Assembly: GCA_965208105.1 (NCBI GenBank)
Contig: OZ242318.1
Span: 2,048,001-2,112,000 of the forward strand
Direction of reading: 5' to 3'
Length of the DNA: 64,000 nt
From: Candidatus Latescibacterota bacterium
GTDB taxonomy: Bacteria > Latescibacterota > UBA2968 > UBA8231
Shown: positions 39,043 to 48,274 of the stretch, in pieces
How positions within the stretch are numbered: position 1 is the first letter of the stretch
Layout of the letters: the number at the start of each line of letters is the position of its first letter
Program-made: the position numbers and the translations under genes
Notes under the pieces: model-generated
What the model saw: only the letters and a program-made list of their open reading frames with translations
Database searches by the model: none
Told to the model about the DNA's origin: nothing

Positions 39043-40435
39043 CATAGGTAGACCCCAATCTTTGGACAGCCTGGCAGCCTGATTAAGGCGGATTCATCGA
39101 GGTTGATTTACTCCCCTGTCCTGCTTTTTCCTTGTTTCTCTGACGTGTCCTTTCCGACCTGGCTGGAGGGCCGTTTTGCTGGTTGACCACCGGGATAGAC
39201 CACCTGGCCTGAGGCAAGGGTCCACAGCGTTTCTTCCGCGTTCATGCCGCTTTGCGCCCTGTGTAGGCCTCCATCGGCGTCCGGTTCCCCGCCAGGCTGG
39301 AATGAGGTCGATCTTCGTTGTAATACCGCAGCCAGTTCGCGATGGTCTGACGCGCCTGACGCCCATCCTCGAATTCGTGCAGATAAACACACTCGTATTT
39401 GAGAGAGCGCCACAAACGCTCGATGAAGACGTTGTCCCTCCATCGGCCCTTGCCGTCCATGGAGATCTCTACCTCGGCCTGCTCGAGGATCTCGATAAAA
39501 TCGCGGCTCGTAACCTGGCTGCCCTGGTCGGTGTTGAAGATCTCCGGTCGGCCGTAGCGCTCCAGCGCCTCCTGCAGAGCCTCCGGCAAATGGAGCTGTC
39601 CTGGGTGTTGGACAGCCGCCACGCAAGCACCGTGCGCGTCGCCCAGTCCATGACCGCCACCAGGTAAAGGAAGCTCTCGCCGAATCGGAATGTAGGTCAC
39701 GTCCGCACACCACACCTGGTTCGGCCGCTCGATTTTCAGATGGCGAAGACGATACGGATAGACCTGATGGGATCCATCCGGCGAGGAGGTCTGCGGCCGG
39801 CGGTAGATGGCCGTCAGTCCCATCTGTCGCATCAGGCGGCGTACCCGCTTGCGGCCCACTGGGTGCCCTTGGCGCCGAAGATGACGGACCATCTGCCGGG
39901 ACCCAACCCACGGCGTGGCCAGAAACTGCTCATCGATGCAGCGCATCAACTGCCGGTTGAAGGAACTTTCCCCGCAACCCGAGTAGTAATAGGTGGATCG
40001 AGACAGGGCGACCAAGGCGCACTGGCGCACGACAGGGAGCCGGGGATGATTCGGATCGATCATCGCTTCCCTCCGGTCTCGGCTCAACGACCCAAGGCGC
40101 GAGACAAAAAATCGTTCTCGACGATCAGTTGGCCGATCTTGGCGTGCAGCGCCTTGATTTCCGTCTCATGGTCTGCGCTGCCCCGAGAGGTCTTGCGGGC
40201 GAACACCTCGGGCAGGCTCTCCCTGGCCTGCCGCTTCCATTGCGCAATCATGTTGGGATGCAGGTGATGCTTGGAAGCGAGCTCGGCCATCGTCTGGTCG
40301 CCGACCAGCGCCTCCAAGGCGACTTTGGCCTTGAATTGGGCGGAGAAGCTAGGTCGTTTTCCCATGTCACCCTTCCTTCCGTAGAGGGGTTGGACCCACC
40401 TAACATAACTGTCCGATTTCCGGGGTCCACCTCTA
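39043..40435 (-). mobile_element. IS3-family insertion sequence (orfA 40084-40365, orfB 39242-40087, locally frameshifted)
   Basis: FSAQFKAKVALEAL; NDFLSRALG frameshift region; WCADVTYI, NTDQGSQ and DNVFIERLWRSLKYE; IRs at 39043-39069 and 40409-40435. The correct reading AVMDWATRTVLAWRLSNT is in another frame. Confidence 0.9.
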
Positions 40436-40456
40436 AGCGACACCACTTACAACGTT

Positions 40457-40860
40457 TTGGAAGTGGTGGAAAAAAGTGTGGATATTATATGGAAATGGGG
40501 GAATTATGGCCCTGAATACGATTTCAGGGCAGAAGTGGTCAATGTTTCCGATTTGGTTCTGACGGACCTTAAGATTTGTCTCTGCTTGTATAGAAAAACA
40601 GGAAAATCATGGCGTGCACTATCGAACGTCCCCGGACACGCTATCGATACGGGCACCCATCCCGACCGAGAATAGTCCACCCAGGGGAAACTATAACAAT
40701 CAGGGAAACATTCGATGTTCAGGATACGCCCTCAAATGAACAGCCCTTGTTCCCGGCCTACACATTTGAGTTCTCATACAGCATTGTCCCCCCTACAACA
40801 ATCAAAGCCACAAGCTGGGGAACCCTAAAATCGAGAAAGGTGGCCCCCTATGTCTACTGA
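40457..40860 (+). pseudogene. C-terminal remnant of a secreted protein ending in a TTIKATSWGTLK motif
   Basis: Two overlapping frames abutting the IS3 end. Confidence 0.45.
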
Positions 40861-41620
40861 AACTCTGGATGCAGGGCGTCTATACTTCGGAGACTGGCTG
40901 CAGGTCATGCGAGAAGATATTGCATCGGAAACTGTTGATCTCATCTACCTGGACCCCCCCCTTCAATTCCAAGCGTCTCTATAACGCCTATATCGGCGGT
41001 GCTCAATGGGTAGCTTTCACTGATACGTGGAGGTGGAGCGAAGCCATAGGCGACTTTGAAGAGATGGCTTCCCGCGTTGACATGGCCGACCTGATGGAAA
41101 GCTTGCGGACTATTTTGGGAGAAGGCCCCAATCTTGCCTATTTGTCCTACATGGCGAATCGGCTGTATGAATGCCGCCGCGTGCTCAAGGATACGGGCAG
41201 CATTTATCTCCATTGCGACCCCACCTTTTCGCACTATCTCAAGATAGTAATGGACAGGATTTTTGGGTGCGAGAATTTCAAGCGAGAAGTTGTGTGGAGC
41301 AACGAGGATCAGTCAGGCTTTAAATCCCTCGCCTCGAATTGGGTCAGGGGACACGATACACTGCTCTTCTATGCCAGGTCAAGAAAAAGCCTGAAATTTC
41401 ACAAACAATATAGGCCTCTGGACGAAAAGACAATAAAGCGATACGACAAAGTGGATGAGAAAGGCAAGAGATTTAAAATTTACAGAAACAAAGATGGGTC
41501 TGAAAGATGGGTCTGAAAGATGGGTTTACTTGAATGAAGATCGCGGCGCACCCATAGGGAGTGTGTGGTCTGATGTTCCTGGCTTTCAAAAGGAAAATAA
41601 TACAGGGGAGTATATTGGTT
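40850..41620 (+). pseudogene. N6A/N4C DNA methyltransferase (beta class), frameshifted and truncated
   Basis: MSTETLDAGRLYFGDWL...VDLIYLDPPFNS restored by removing one C from C8; GSIYLHCD; 13-bp duplication at 41490-41515; ends before the expected YPTQKP motif. Confidence 0.85.
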
Positions 41621-41897
41621 AGGGAATTATAAACTGTTGCCATTAATTTCCAACCTTGCTCCCGAGAGGAATCCCTCCCTGGGTTTCGGAAGTGTTCAAA
41701 CCCAAGTGCCCGGCAAGCGTCCAGGACGGACCTTCTCAACCGCCAATCGCTTTCTTACCATTCTTGCCTTTATCCCTACCTAGACCTTATGTATTGACGG
41801 GTATATGAAAGACCTCCTCCGATTTCGGTTTTCGGGGGTTATCTTTGGGAAAACTCAGTTCACCCAAAGACCTATCCCCAGCGAAAAGGAGGAGGCC

Positions 41898-43037
41898 ATG
41901 CGTAAATCTACGAAATTCGTCGCCTTGGACATACATAAAGATTCGATCACCGTCGCTCTTACCGGTGAGGGCCTCCAAGGGCCAAAGCTGTATGGAACGA
42001 TACCGTCTACGGGCGCTGCGTTGTCCAAGCTGGCGGGCCAACTGGCCCGTGGTGGGACCTCGTTGCGGTTTTGCTACGAGGCCGGACCCTGCGGCTACGG
42101 CGTCTACCGTCAGCTCACAGCCCTGGGGCACGCCTGCACGGTGGTGGCGCCCTCGCTGATCCCGCGTCGGCCGGGCGACCGCATCAAGACCGACCGCCGC
42201 GATGCTGTGTCTCTGGTGCGGCTTTTCCAACACGGCGAGTTGACCCCCGTGTGGGTGCCCGACGAAGCGCAGGAGGCGATGCGCGATCTGGAGCGCTGCC
42301 GGGAAGACTTCAAGCACGCCGAGCGCCGCGTGCGCCAGCGGCTGAACAGCTTCTTGCAGCGCCACGGCCGGATCTACTCCGGGCGCAGTCGCTGGACCCA
42401 AGCCCACTTTCGCTGGCTGGAGACCCAGCGCTTCGATCATCCGGCCCAGCAGATCGTCTTTCAGGAATACGTGGACGCGGTACAGGAAGCCCAAGGTCGG
42501 ATCCAGGGGTTGGACCAGGCCCTGCAGCAGGCGCTGGAGGGATGGTCTTTGGAAGGGGAGACGCGGGCTATGAGGGCGCTGCGCGGGGTAGACACGCTCA
42601 CCGCGGTTACGACCCTGGCCGAGCTGGGGGACCTCACCCGCTTTGACTCGCCGCGCCAACTGATGGCCTTCGTCGGTCTGGTCCCCAGCGAGCATTCCAG
42701 CGGCTCCCGCCAAAAGCGAGGGGCGATCACCAAGGCGGGCAACGCCCACGTGCGGCGCGTGCTGGTGGAAGCGGCCTGGTGCTATCGCTTTCCCGCCCGC
42801 AAGACGGCCGCCTTGCAACGACGCGCCGAACAGACCGCACCCGCCATACAGGCCATCGCCTGGAAGGCACAGAAACGCCTGTGTGGACGCTATCGACGGC
42901 TGAGTGGGCGAGGGATGCCGAAGAACAAGGTGTGCTGCGCGATCGCGCGGGAGCTTTTGGGTTTCATCTGGGCCATCGCCTGGGAGCAGAAACGCCCCGG
43001 CCGCCTCGTGGCCAGGAGACCTCGGATCGCCGCCTGA
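41898..43037 (+). CDS. IS110 family DEDD recombinase/transposase
   Basis: VALDIHK, YEAGPCG, IKTDRRDA, GLVPSEHSSG and AIARELLGFIWAI. Confidence 0.95.
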   Translation: MRKSTKFVALDIHKDSITVALTGEGLQGPKLYGTIPSTGAALSKLAGQLARGGTSLRFCYEAGPCGYGVYRQLTALGHACTVVAPSLIPRRPGDRIKTDRRDAVSLVRLFQHGELTPVWVPDEAQEAMRDLERCREDFKHAERRVRQRLNSFLQRHGRIYSGRSRWTQAHFRWLETQRFDHPAQQIVFQEYVDAVQEAQGRIQGLDQALQQALEGWSLEGETRAMRALRGVDTLTAVTTLAELGDLTRFDSPRQLMAFVGLVPSEHSSGSRQKRGAITKAGNAHVRRVLVEAAWCYRFPARKTAALQRRAEQTAPAIQAIAWKAQKRLCGRYRRLSGRGMPKNKVCCAIARELLGFIWAIAWEQKRPGRLVARRPRIAA

Positions 43038-43039
43038 TA

Positions 43040-43310
43040 AGCTCATCGTCTCAGAAGCCGGCATAGGACCTTTGCTCATGTAAATCGAAACGGGACAGAA
43101 GGGACCGGTCAGGAGAATCCTCGAAGACACTATGAGGCGCCTTTTCAGGCTGACCCTCGACCCTAGATTGAGGCCGCTCCGCGACGCACCCAGGACAGGC
43201 GGTAGCCAACCCGCGAATATCAGTCGGATCAACCGTCGCTACAGCGTCCCTTCTGTTGCCGAACAAACTATGCAAAGATAACACCCGAAACGACCACCCC
43301 GGAGAGGGTT
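43040..43310 (+). ncRNA. Putative bridge/seek RNA
   Basis: Non-coding end of an IS1111-type element; contains ATATCAGT (also at the right end) and CCTAGA (also at the left junction). Confidence 0.55.
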
Positions 43311-43559
43311 GACAACCGTCAATACATATCAGTGTTGTGTCCTGCAAATAACTTCAATAATTGGAGGGCGCTGAAAGCGTCCATTCTCTCTAGTATTTCA
43401 AAAATTCGGCGCCGCGAAATAATGCAAGGAATTTCCAGGACGCAACACTAGTCTCGAATTTAGAGGCAAAGTCCCCTTTTTTTCGTACTGGACAGACGGA
43501 CTGTAGTGCCTTTGGCCAGGCCCCGATAGCGTACCTTGCGATGGCCCCAAAGGTGCTTG

Positions 43560-44006
43560 ATGACCCCACTTCCACGCTACTACGCACCCATCCGCCACCC
43601 TCTCGTCGGTCCCCTTCCCGGTGTCTCCGGTTATAGGACCTACCCTGCTCCGGCGGTTTCGCGCCGGGACGAGGAGGGCTTCTCCAGTTGCTCGGCATGT
43701 CCTTGCCATCATGCCGTCGCTGCCACCCCGCCGAAGTAAAGCAGCCGTCTCATTCAGCCTTCGGCTGCCCATGCTGCCTTCGCCGTACGGTTGTCGGCTC
43801 GGCCTTCGGGGCTTCGCATTTTCGGGGCCATCTCTGCGTTCACTTTCGTTACGGCCCGATGACTCGCAGTCTCCCCAGGGAGACTCTGTCGATAGGCTTC
43901 AGGATGTTGGTTTCCCGCCACCCTGCTATCCAAGCTACGGGGCCGCTGACTCCTACCCCGGCAGGACTGTCCTCCTGGTGAACATGCCAGCCTTCGCTGG
44001 ACACAC
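43560..44006 (-). mobile_element. Group II intron 5' fragment (DI-DIII), inserted in domain V of another intron
   Basis: Starts GTGTGTCCAGCGAAGGCTGG directly after ...GTCCGGTT; typical AACTGGAGAAGCCC and GGCGGATGGG..CGTAGTAGCG segments; no RT. Confidence 0.7.
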
Positions 44007-44495
44007 AACCGGACATGTGACTCTCGGCGCATTCGGCTCTCCCCATATCCACTCCTATATGTGGCACCTAATCTCCCGTCCACTGGTGCAGCTCCAATTG
44101 CATCCCTCGTACCCGGGACACGGGCACTTCGAGGTCGGGCCACGGTGCGCCCATGTTCATCAGCGACCTCCATGGTATTTGTCGTTGCTGGGAATACGCT
44201 GTTGGGTCCTTCGCCATGTGACCGGCTTCCCCGGCCTCGAACTACTACGACCCCTCCGCCACCTCCCCTCGGTATCGACTTGCGACGAGCCTTCCCGCCG
44301 GTCCGCTCGCGAAGCGGGTGGAGGTGGGGCCGCAGGGAAGGTTCCCACGTTAACTGTCCTACCGTTCGACAGGGGAGGTACCCAACTATGCCTCTGCGGT
44401 ATCGCCACGGCTACGCCGAAGGCTTTCACCGTGGCCTCCCTACCGGCGACCTTTACCCGGCACAGGAGTTCCCAGCACCATTCAAGTCACCGCAC
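44007..44495 (-). mobile_element. ORF-deleted group II intron (GTGCG start to domain V)
   Basis: 5' GTGCGGTGA; 30-aa RT N-terminal remnant MNMGAPWPDLEVPVSRVRGMQLELHQWTGD* (44068-44160); DV GAGAGCCGAATGCGCCGAGAGTCACATGTCCGGTT. Confidence 0.75.
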
Positions 44496-45013
44496 AGGGG
44501 GCGACCTCGACAAAGGCCTGCGGGATGCCGCCCCAGCCGACGTAGAGGGAGAGTTTCTGCTTCTCCTCGGGGTCGGCAGCCGGTGGTTTTCGGCAGGGCT
44601 CTCGCCCTTCAGAGGGTTGGGTGCGGGTCCCCGAGGTTCGGATGTTCCTCCTCGCTCGGGAGAAATATCTCCTGATTCGCCAGTTCGTCCGCCGTCTCGT
44701 GATTCGCTCCGTTCGCCCTCGCGCGGTAATACACTTTGGCCGCCCTCTCCTGCGCCCTCACCACCATCGGCACCAGCTGGCCGTCCTTCTCCAGCTCCCG
44801 GCACATCTTCGGTCGGGCCTCCTTCCACTGCTGCAGGGCCTTCCAGCCCCGCCCGATCAGCTTCTCCCTCGTGTCTTCTTGCTCGTTCATCTCTCTCCTC
44901 CCGCCTGGTAGTGGTCGTTTCAATCCACGCCCCCGCACGGGGGGCGACTTGACGAAGCTGACGGTTGATGGACTGATTGACGTTTCAATCCACGCCCCCG
45001 CACGGGGGGCGAC
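44490..45013 (-). CRISPR. Type I-C mini array: two full repeats (44917-44948, 44982-45013), a 33-bp spacer and a partial third repeat (44490-44505)
   Basis: Repeat GTCGCCCCCCGTGCGGGGGCGTGGATTGAAAC; AT-richer leader 45014-45198 next to cas2. Confidence 0.9.
44609..44890 (-). CDS. Small MGE-type (TnpV-like) protein located between CRISPR repeats
   Basis: AGGAG RBS; MNEQEDTREKLIGRGWKALQQWKEARPKMCRELEKDGQL...; family assignment by resemblance only. Confidence 0.55.
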   Translation of the reverse strand: MNEQEDTREKLIGRGWKALQQWKEARPKMCRELEKDGQLVPMVVRAQERAAKVYYRARANGANHETADELANQEIFLPSEEEHPNLGDPHPTL

Positions 45014-45198
45014 TGTTGCAAGTTAATTCCTTGCGTACCAACACAAAAATTGCGCCACTGCGCGAACCACCAACTGGTGTTTTAGTTTCGCTAGCTACCG
45101 GCACTATCGTGACTCGAATCCCTTTAAGTTCCAATAAGTTATATAGTGCGCGGACCTCCCCGTGTTTACCTGACCGCTTGTGGTTCGCACCAGCCTTC

Positions 45199-45489
45199 TC
45201 ACACAATCAATGTTCCGTTCAAGTCGGTGGCCGGCTTGGCACCGATGTGCTCTACACGTCGCTTCCCATTAGCACCGAGAAAATAATACCTGAGACTGTC
45301 GGTTTCCGGATTGATGATCGCCTCAAGTTGGACCTTCAAGGCGGCCCATTGCGCCGGCTCCACCTCAATCTCGAACACTGAAAACTGCACTCTTTGTCCA
45401 AAATCGCGACAGGTCTTAGCGACACGTCGTAAACGACGTGCGCCGCCATCGGATGTCGTCGAGACATCGTACGTAACGAGAACCATCAT
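45199..45489 (-). CDS. cas2: CRISPR-associated endonuclease Cas2
   Basis: MMVLVTYDVS...GQRVQFSVFE...DSLRYYFLG. Confidence 0.97.
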   Translation of the reverse strand: MMVLVTYDVSTTSDGGARRLRRVAKTCRDFGQRVQFSVFEIEVEPAQWAALKVQLEAIINPETDSLRYYFLGANGKRRVEHIGAKPATDLNGTLIV

Positions 45490-45551
45490 GGTTGTTTGTT
45501 TTTTCTTCCTCGCGGATACGGCTGTCGTTTAAGAGGGTATGTTGAGTAGCC

Positions 45552-46586
45552 TTATTTCCATAACCACGGCGGGTGGGCGTCTAAGTCACCTCGAAGATGC
45601 CGAGCCAGCAATTGCGCTTGGAGATATGGAACCAAGCCGAGTGGTGCCTGCTCCCCAAGAAAAGGATGACGGCGCCCTACACGCTTTCGCTCCTGCCAAG
45701 CACTGAGAACGGTCTTGCGAGCGGCATCGCTCATTGAAACGCTGCCGCCTTCTCGGATTTGGAAGTCTTTAGCGCGTACTTGCCGACGATTGACTAGCGA
45801 TAGCGCGAGCCGGTCAGCCAAGACTGGCCGTAGCTCTTCCATAAGGTCTAACGCCAGACTCGGACGGCCGGGACGATCTCTATGAAAGAAACCCACGGCC
45901 GGATCCAAGCCTACGCTCTCGGCGGCAGAGTTGCAGTCGTGGACGAGAAGGGTATAGAGAAATGAGAGCAGGGCATTCACAGGGTCACGTGGTGGCCGAC
46001 GGTTGCGGCCAGCAAATGCCATCTCTGGTTCGGGTACGCGGATCAGGAGACCAAAGACCGAAAAATAGAGCCGTGCGGCCTCGCCTTCAAAACCTCGTAG
46101 CCTGTCAATACTGTCTTGGCCGTCGCTGATGCGTTGCACAATCTGCCGCAGACGATTCGTCGCGACGGACATAGCTTCGCAGCTAGAAGACTCAAGTTCG
46201 TCGCCATAGTCACGCTGTGCTCTTTGCAGGACGCTTCTCTGATTAGCGATCTTGCCGACGAGAATGCTGCGGACGATTTCTTCCGGTGTGTCGCTGGCTC
46301 CATACTGTGCACGACGCAGCAGTACATTGCCAGAAACTGGTCCCTCGACTCGGGCTTGGAATCGGCCGAATCGACTTAGGAGTACTAAAACGATGCCACC
46401 GGCAGCACATGCTTGGATCAGAGGTGGAGATATATAGATGCTGCCGAACACCACCACGGACCCAAGCATGTGGAATGGCACCCTCACACGTTCCTCGCCC
46501 TCTACTTCCGCGACCAGATTCTCGCCGTCCTTGGTCAGACGTGCTTCAGGCGTAGTAACGTATAGCGTATTGAGCAATCGCCTCAT
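45552..46586 (-). CDS. cas1: Type I-C Cas1
   Basis: MRRLLNTLYVTT; LRGFEGEAA; RNRRPPRDPVNALLSF; DLMEELR. Confidence 0.97.
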   Translation of the reverse strand: MRRLLNTLYVTTPEARLTKDGENLVAEVEGEERVRVPFHMLGSVVVFGSIYISPPLIQACAAGGIVLVLLSRFGRFQARVEGPVSGNVLLRRAQYGASDTPEEIVRSILVGKIANQRSVLQRAQRDYGDELESSSCEAMSVATNRLRQIVQRISDGQDSIDRLRGFEGEAARLYFSVFGLLIRVPEPEMAFAGRNRRPPRDPVNALLSFLYTLLVHDCNSAAESVGLDPAVGFFHRDRPGRPSLALDLMEELRPVLADRLALSLVNRRQVRAKDFQIREGGSVSMSDAARKTVLSAWQERKRVGRRHPFLGEQAPLGLVPYLQAQLLARHLRGDLDAHPPWLWK

Positions 46587-46588
46587 GG

Positions 46589-47221
46589 TTATTCTCCAGG
46601 CTCGACAAGATGCGATGCTAGAGTACGCGTTCGCCAAGCGAGAACCGAACGCTCCATTGCCTTCGGGCGACACTGGTCGAGCAGAGAACAGCCACGGCAC
46701 TTGGCCGCTTCATATTCGGCTGGGGGAGTGCAGCCTTGTGCAAAGAGTGCGGCAACCTGCTCGACGGTCGTCTCGGTCAGGGCGCGGAGTGCGGCGTCAA
46801 AAGACACTTCTTTCCGCCGCTTGGTTTGGCTGTAGTAAAAGGCCCCCATCGGCACCTCTGTACCGGTCAATTCTTCAAGGCACAGTGCCTGAGCGCAGAG
46901 TTGCACCTCGTCGGCTCGATGCACTTTGGCCTTGCCGCGTTTGAACTCGACCGGGAACGGGGTCGTGCCTGTCCGGCTTTCGCGGAATTCAACCATATCG
47001 GCGACGCCTGTAAGATTGAGCCGGATGCTGTAGATCGGGAGTGACATCACCTGACGCACACTCGCCTTGCGCCGGTGCCCTGCCTCGTCAATGACTTGAT
47101 GTAGCACCCGACCTTCGGCGGTAAACCGATTTTCCTCCCAAAGCCGTTCTAATTGGATCAGAGCGCATTGTCTCATACAGTACACCGCATGTTGCAGAGC
47201 CGACACGGGTATTGACTCCAT
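46589..47221 (-). CDS. cas4: Cas4
   Basis: SALQHAVYCMRQ, GVADMVEF, PVEFKRG and CRGCSLLDQC. Start may be further upstream. Confidence 0.95.
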   Translation of the reverse strand: MESIPVSALQHAVYCMRQCALIQLERLWEENRFTAEGRVLHQVIDEAGHRRKASVRQVMSLPIYSIRLNLTGVADMVEFRESRTGTTPFPVEFKRGKAKVHRADEVQLCAQALCLEELTGTEVPMGAFYYSQTKRRKEVSFDAALRALTETTVEQVAALFAQGCTPPAEYEAAKCRGCSLLDQCRPKAMERSVLAWRTRTLASHLVEPGE

Positions 47222-47329
47222 TCTATGCTCTGATCCACGCACCTGCACAGGAGGAGCTCGCCCGGACTGTGTTTCACTCATCGTCATATCCACTCTGTTT
47301 GTTTCATTCAATGTCCCGCACGAAGGCAG

Positions 47330-48274
47330 TTATGAGATCACCTCGATGGCCTCGACATTTGCTGGTATATCGTCTAAGTCGAGTTTCACGCGATAATCGG
47401 CAAAACTGCGAGCAGGCGGCAGGATGCTTTCGCTGCCATTCGTTTCTGTACGCTTCACACTTACCCTCTCAAAAAGCCTATGCGCGGGCGCGTTGCCCAA
47501 GGCACTAGCGTGCTTAAAGGCAATGAGCCGACGGGCAACCATTTCGCCGCGAGCAGCCGAATGGTCGTGCTCAAACATTTGCGTCAGGGAATCCCAGAGA
47601 ACATCGAGATCATCCGGTGAAAAGCCGGTGCGCTCGGCGAGCTTGGCGGATACAAAACCGTGCGCCCTATATAGCCCGTAGGGCACAATGTGTTTGCGGC
47701 CCATGGTGCGGTGCTCGATTCGCTCGTCGCCCTCGTTTGCGTCGTTGGTCTTTCCGCGCTCCTCCTTTTCCTTCTCGTTAGTCGCTGCCATGCGCGTAAT
47801 GGACACTTCGAGTGGTACGATCGGATCAATGGACCGCGCAAAGGTCAGCTGTACTGGGCCGCGTACTTGGCCACAGTTGATACCCATGCCCATTACCGCA
47901 CCGAAGACGCGCACATCAAAGAAATTGTTGCACATGAACCTACGCAGGGAGTCCATTTCCGCGTCGTTTTTTGGGCTTAGTTTCTTGCTGCTCTCGACAT
48001 TCTTGTCATTAGGACGCACAACTTGATACGCCTTTCGGTGTTGCTCGTTGAGCACAGCACCTTCTTGGACGTAGATCGCATAGCCGGACTCGTCGCCTTT
48101 TGCCAGCTCAACGAAATTGCGTATTTTGCGCTTGAGGCAAACATCCGTAACCAAACCGTGGTTGGTTTCCGGGTCGAGGCGCGGGAGGTTTCCCGCATCC
48201 GGATCGCCGTTGGGATTGCCGTTGTTGACGTCGAACAGATAGACGAAATCATAGCGGTGGTTAAGTGCAATCAT
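47330..48274 (-). CDS. cas7: Type I-C Cas7 (Csd2)
   Basis: NGNPNGDPDAGNLPR, TDVCLKRKIRN and GRKHIVPYGLY. Confidence 0.97.
   Translation of the reverse strand: MIALNHRYDFVYLFDVNNGNPNGDPDAGNLPRLDPETNHGLVTDVCLKRKIRNFVELAKGDESGYAIYVQEGAVLNEQHRKAYQVVRPNDKNVESSKKLSPKNDAEMDSLRRFMCNNFFDVRVFGAVMGMGINCGQVRGPVQLTFARSIDPIVPLEVSITRMAATNEKEKEERGKTNDANEGDERIEHRTMGRKHIVPYGLYRAHGFVSAKLAERTGFSPDDLDVLWDSLTQMFEHDHSAARGEMVARRLIAFKHASALGNAPAHRLFERVSVKRTETNGSESILPPARSFADYRVKLDLDDIPANVEAIEVIS

Larger units (their letters stand above)
41781..43332 (+). mobile_element. IS110 family, IS1111-type element
   Basis: Perfect 13-bp subterminal IRs TATGTATTGACGG (41788-41800) / CCGTCAATACATA (43316-43328); long 3' non-coding end; TTGACA at 43309. 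Confidence 0.88.

Noticed and set aside
41781-43332. IS1111 as an attC-targeting element or CRISPR-associated transposon
   Set aside because: Its flanks are not att-like and there are no Tn7 genes; proximity to cas looks incidental.
43621-44952. 443-aa plus-strand ORF
   Set aside because: Reads antisense through intron RNA and a CRISPR repeat; no protein features.
43560-46586. RT-Cas1 or RNA-spacer acquisition system
   Set aside because: Only a 30-codon RT remnant exists and cas1 is a standard unfused I-C type.
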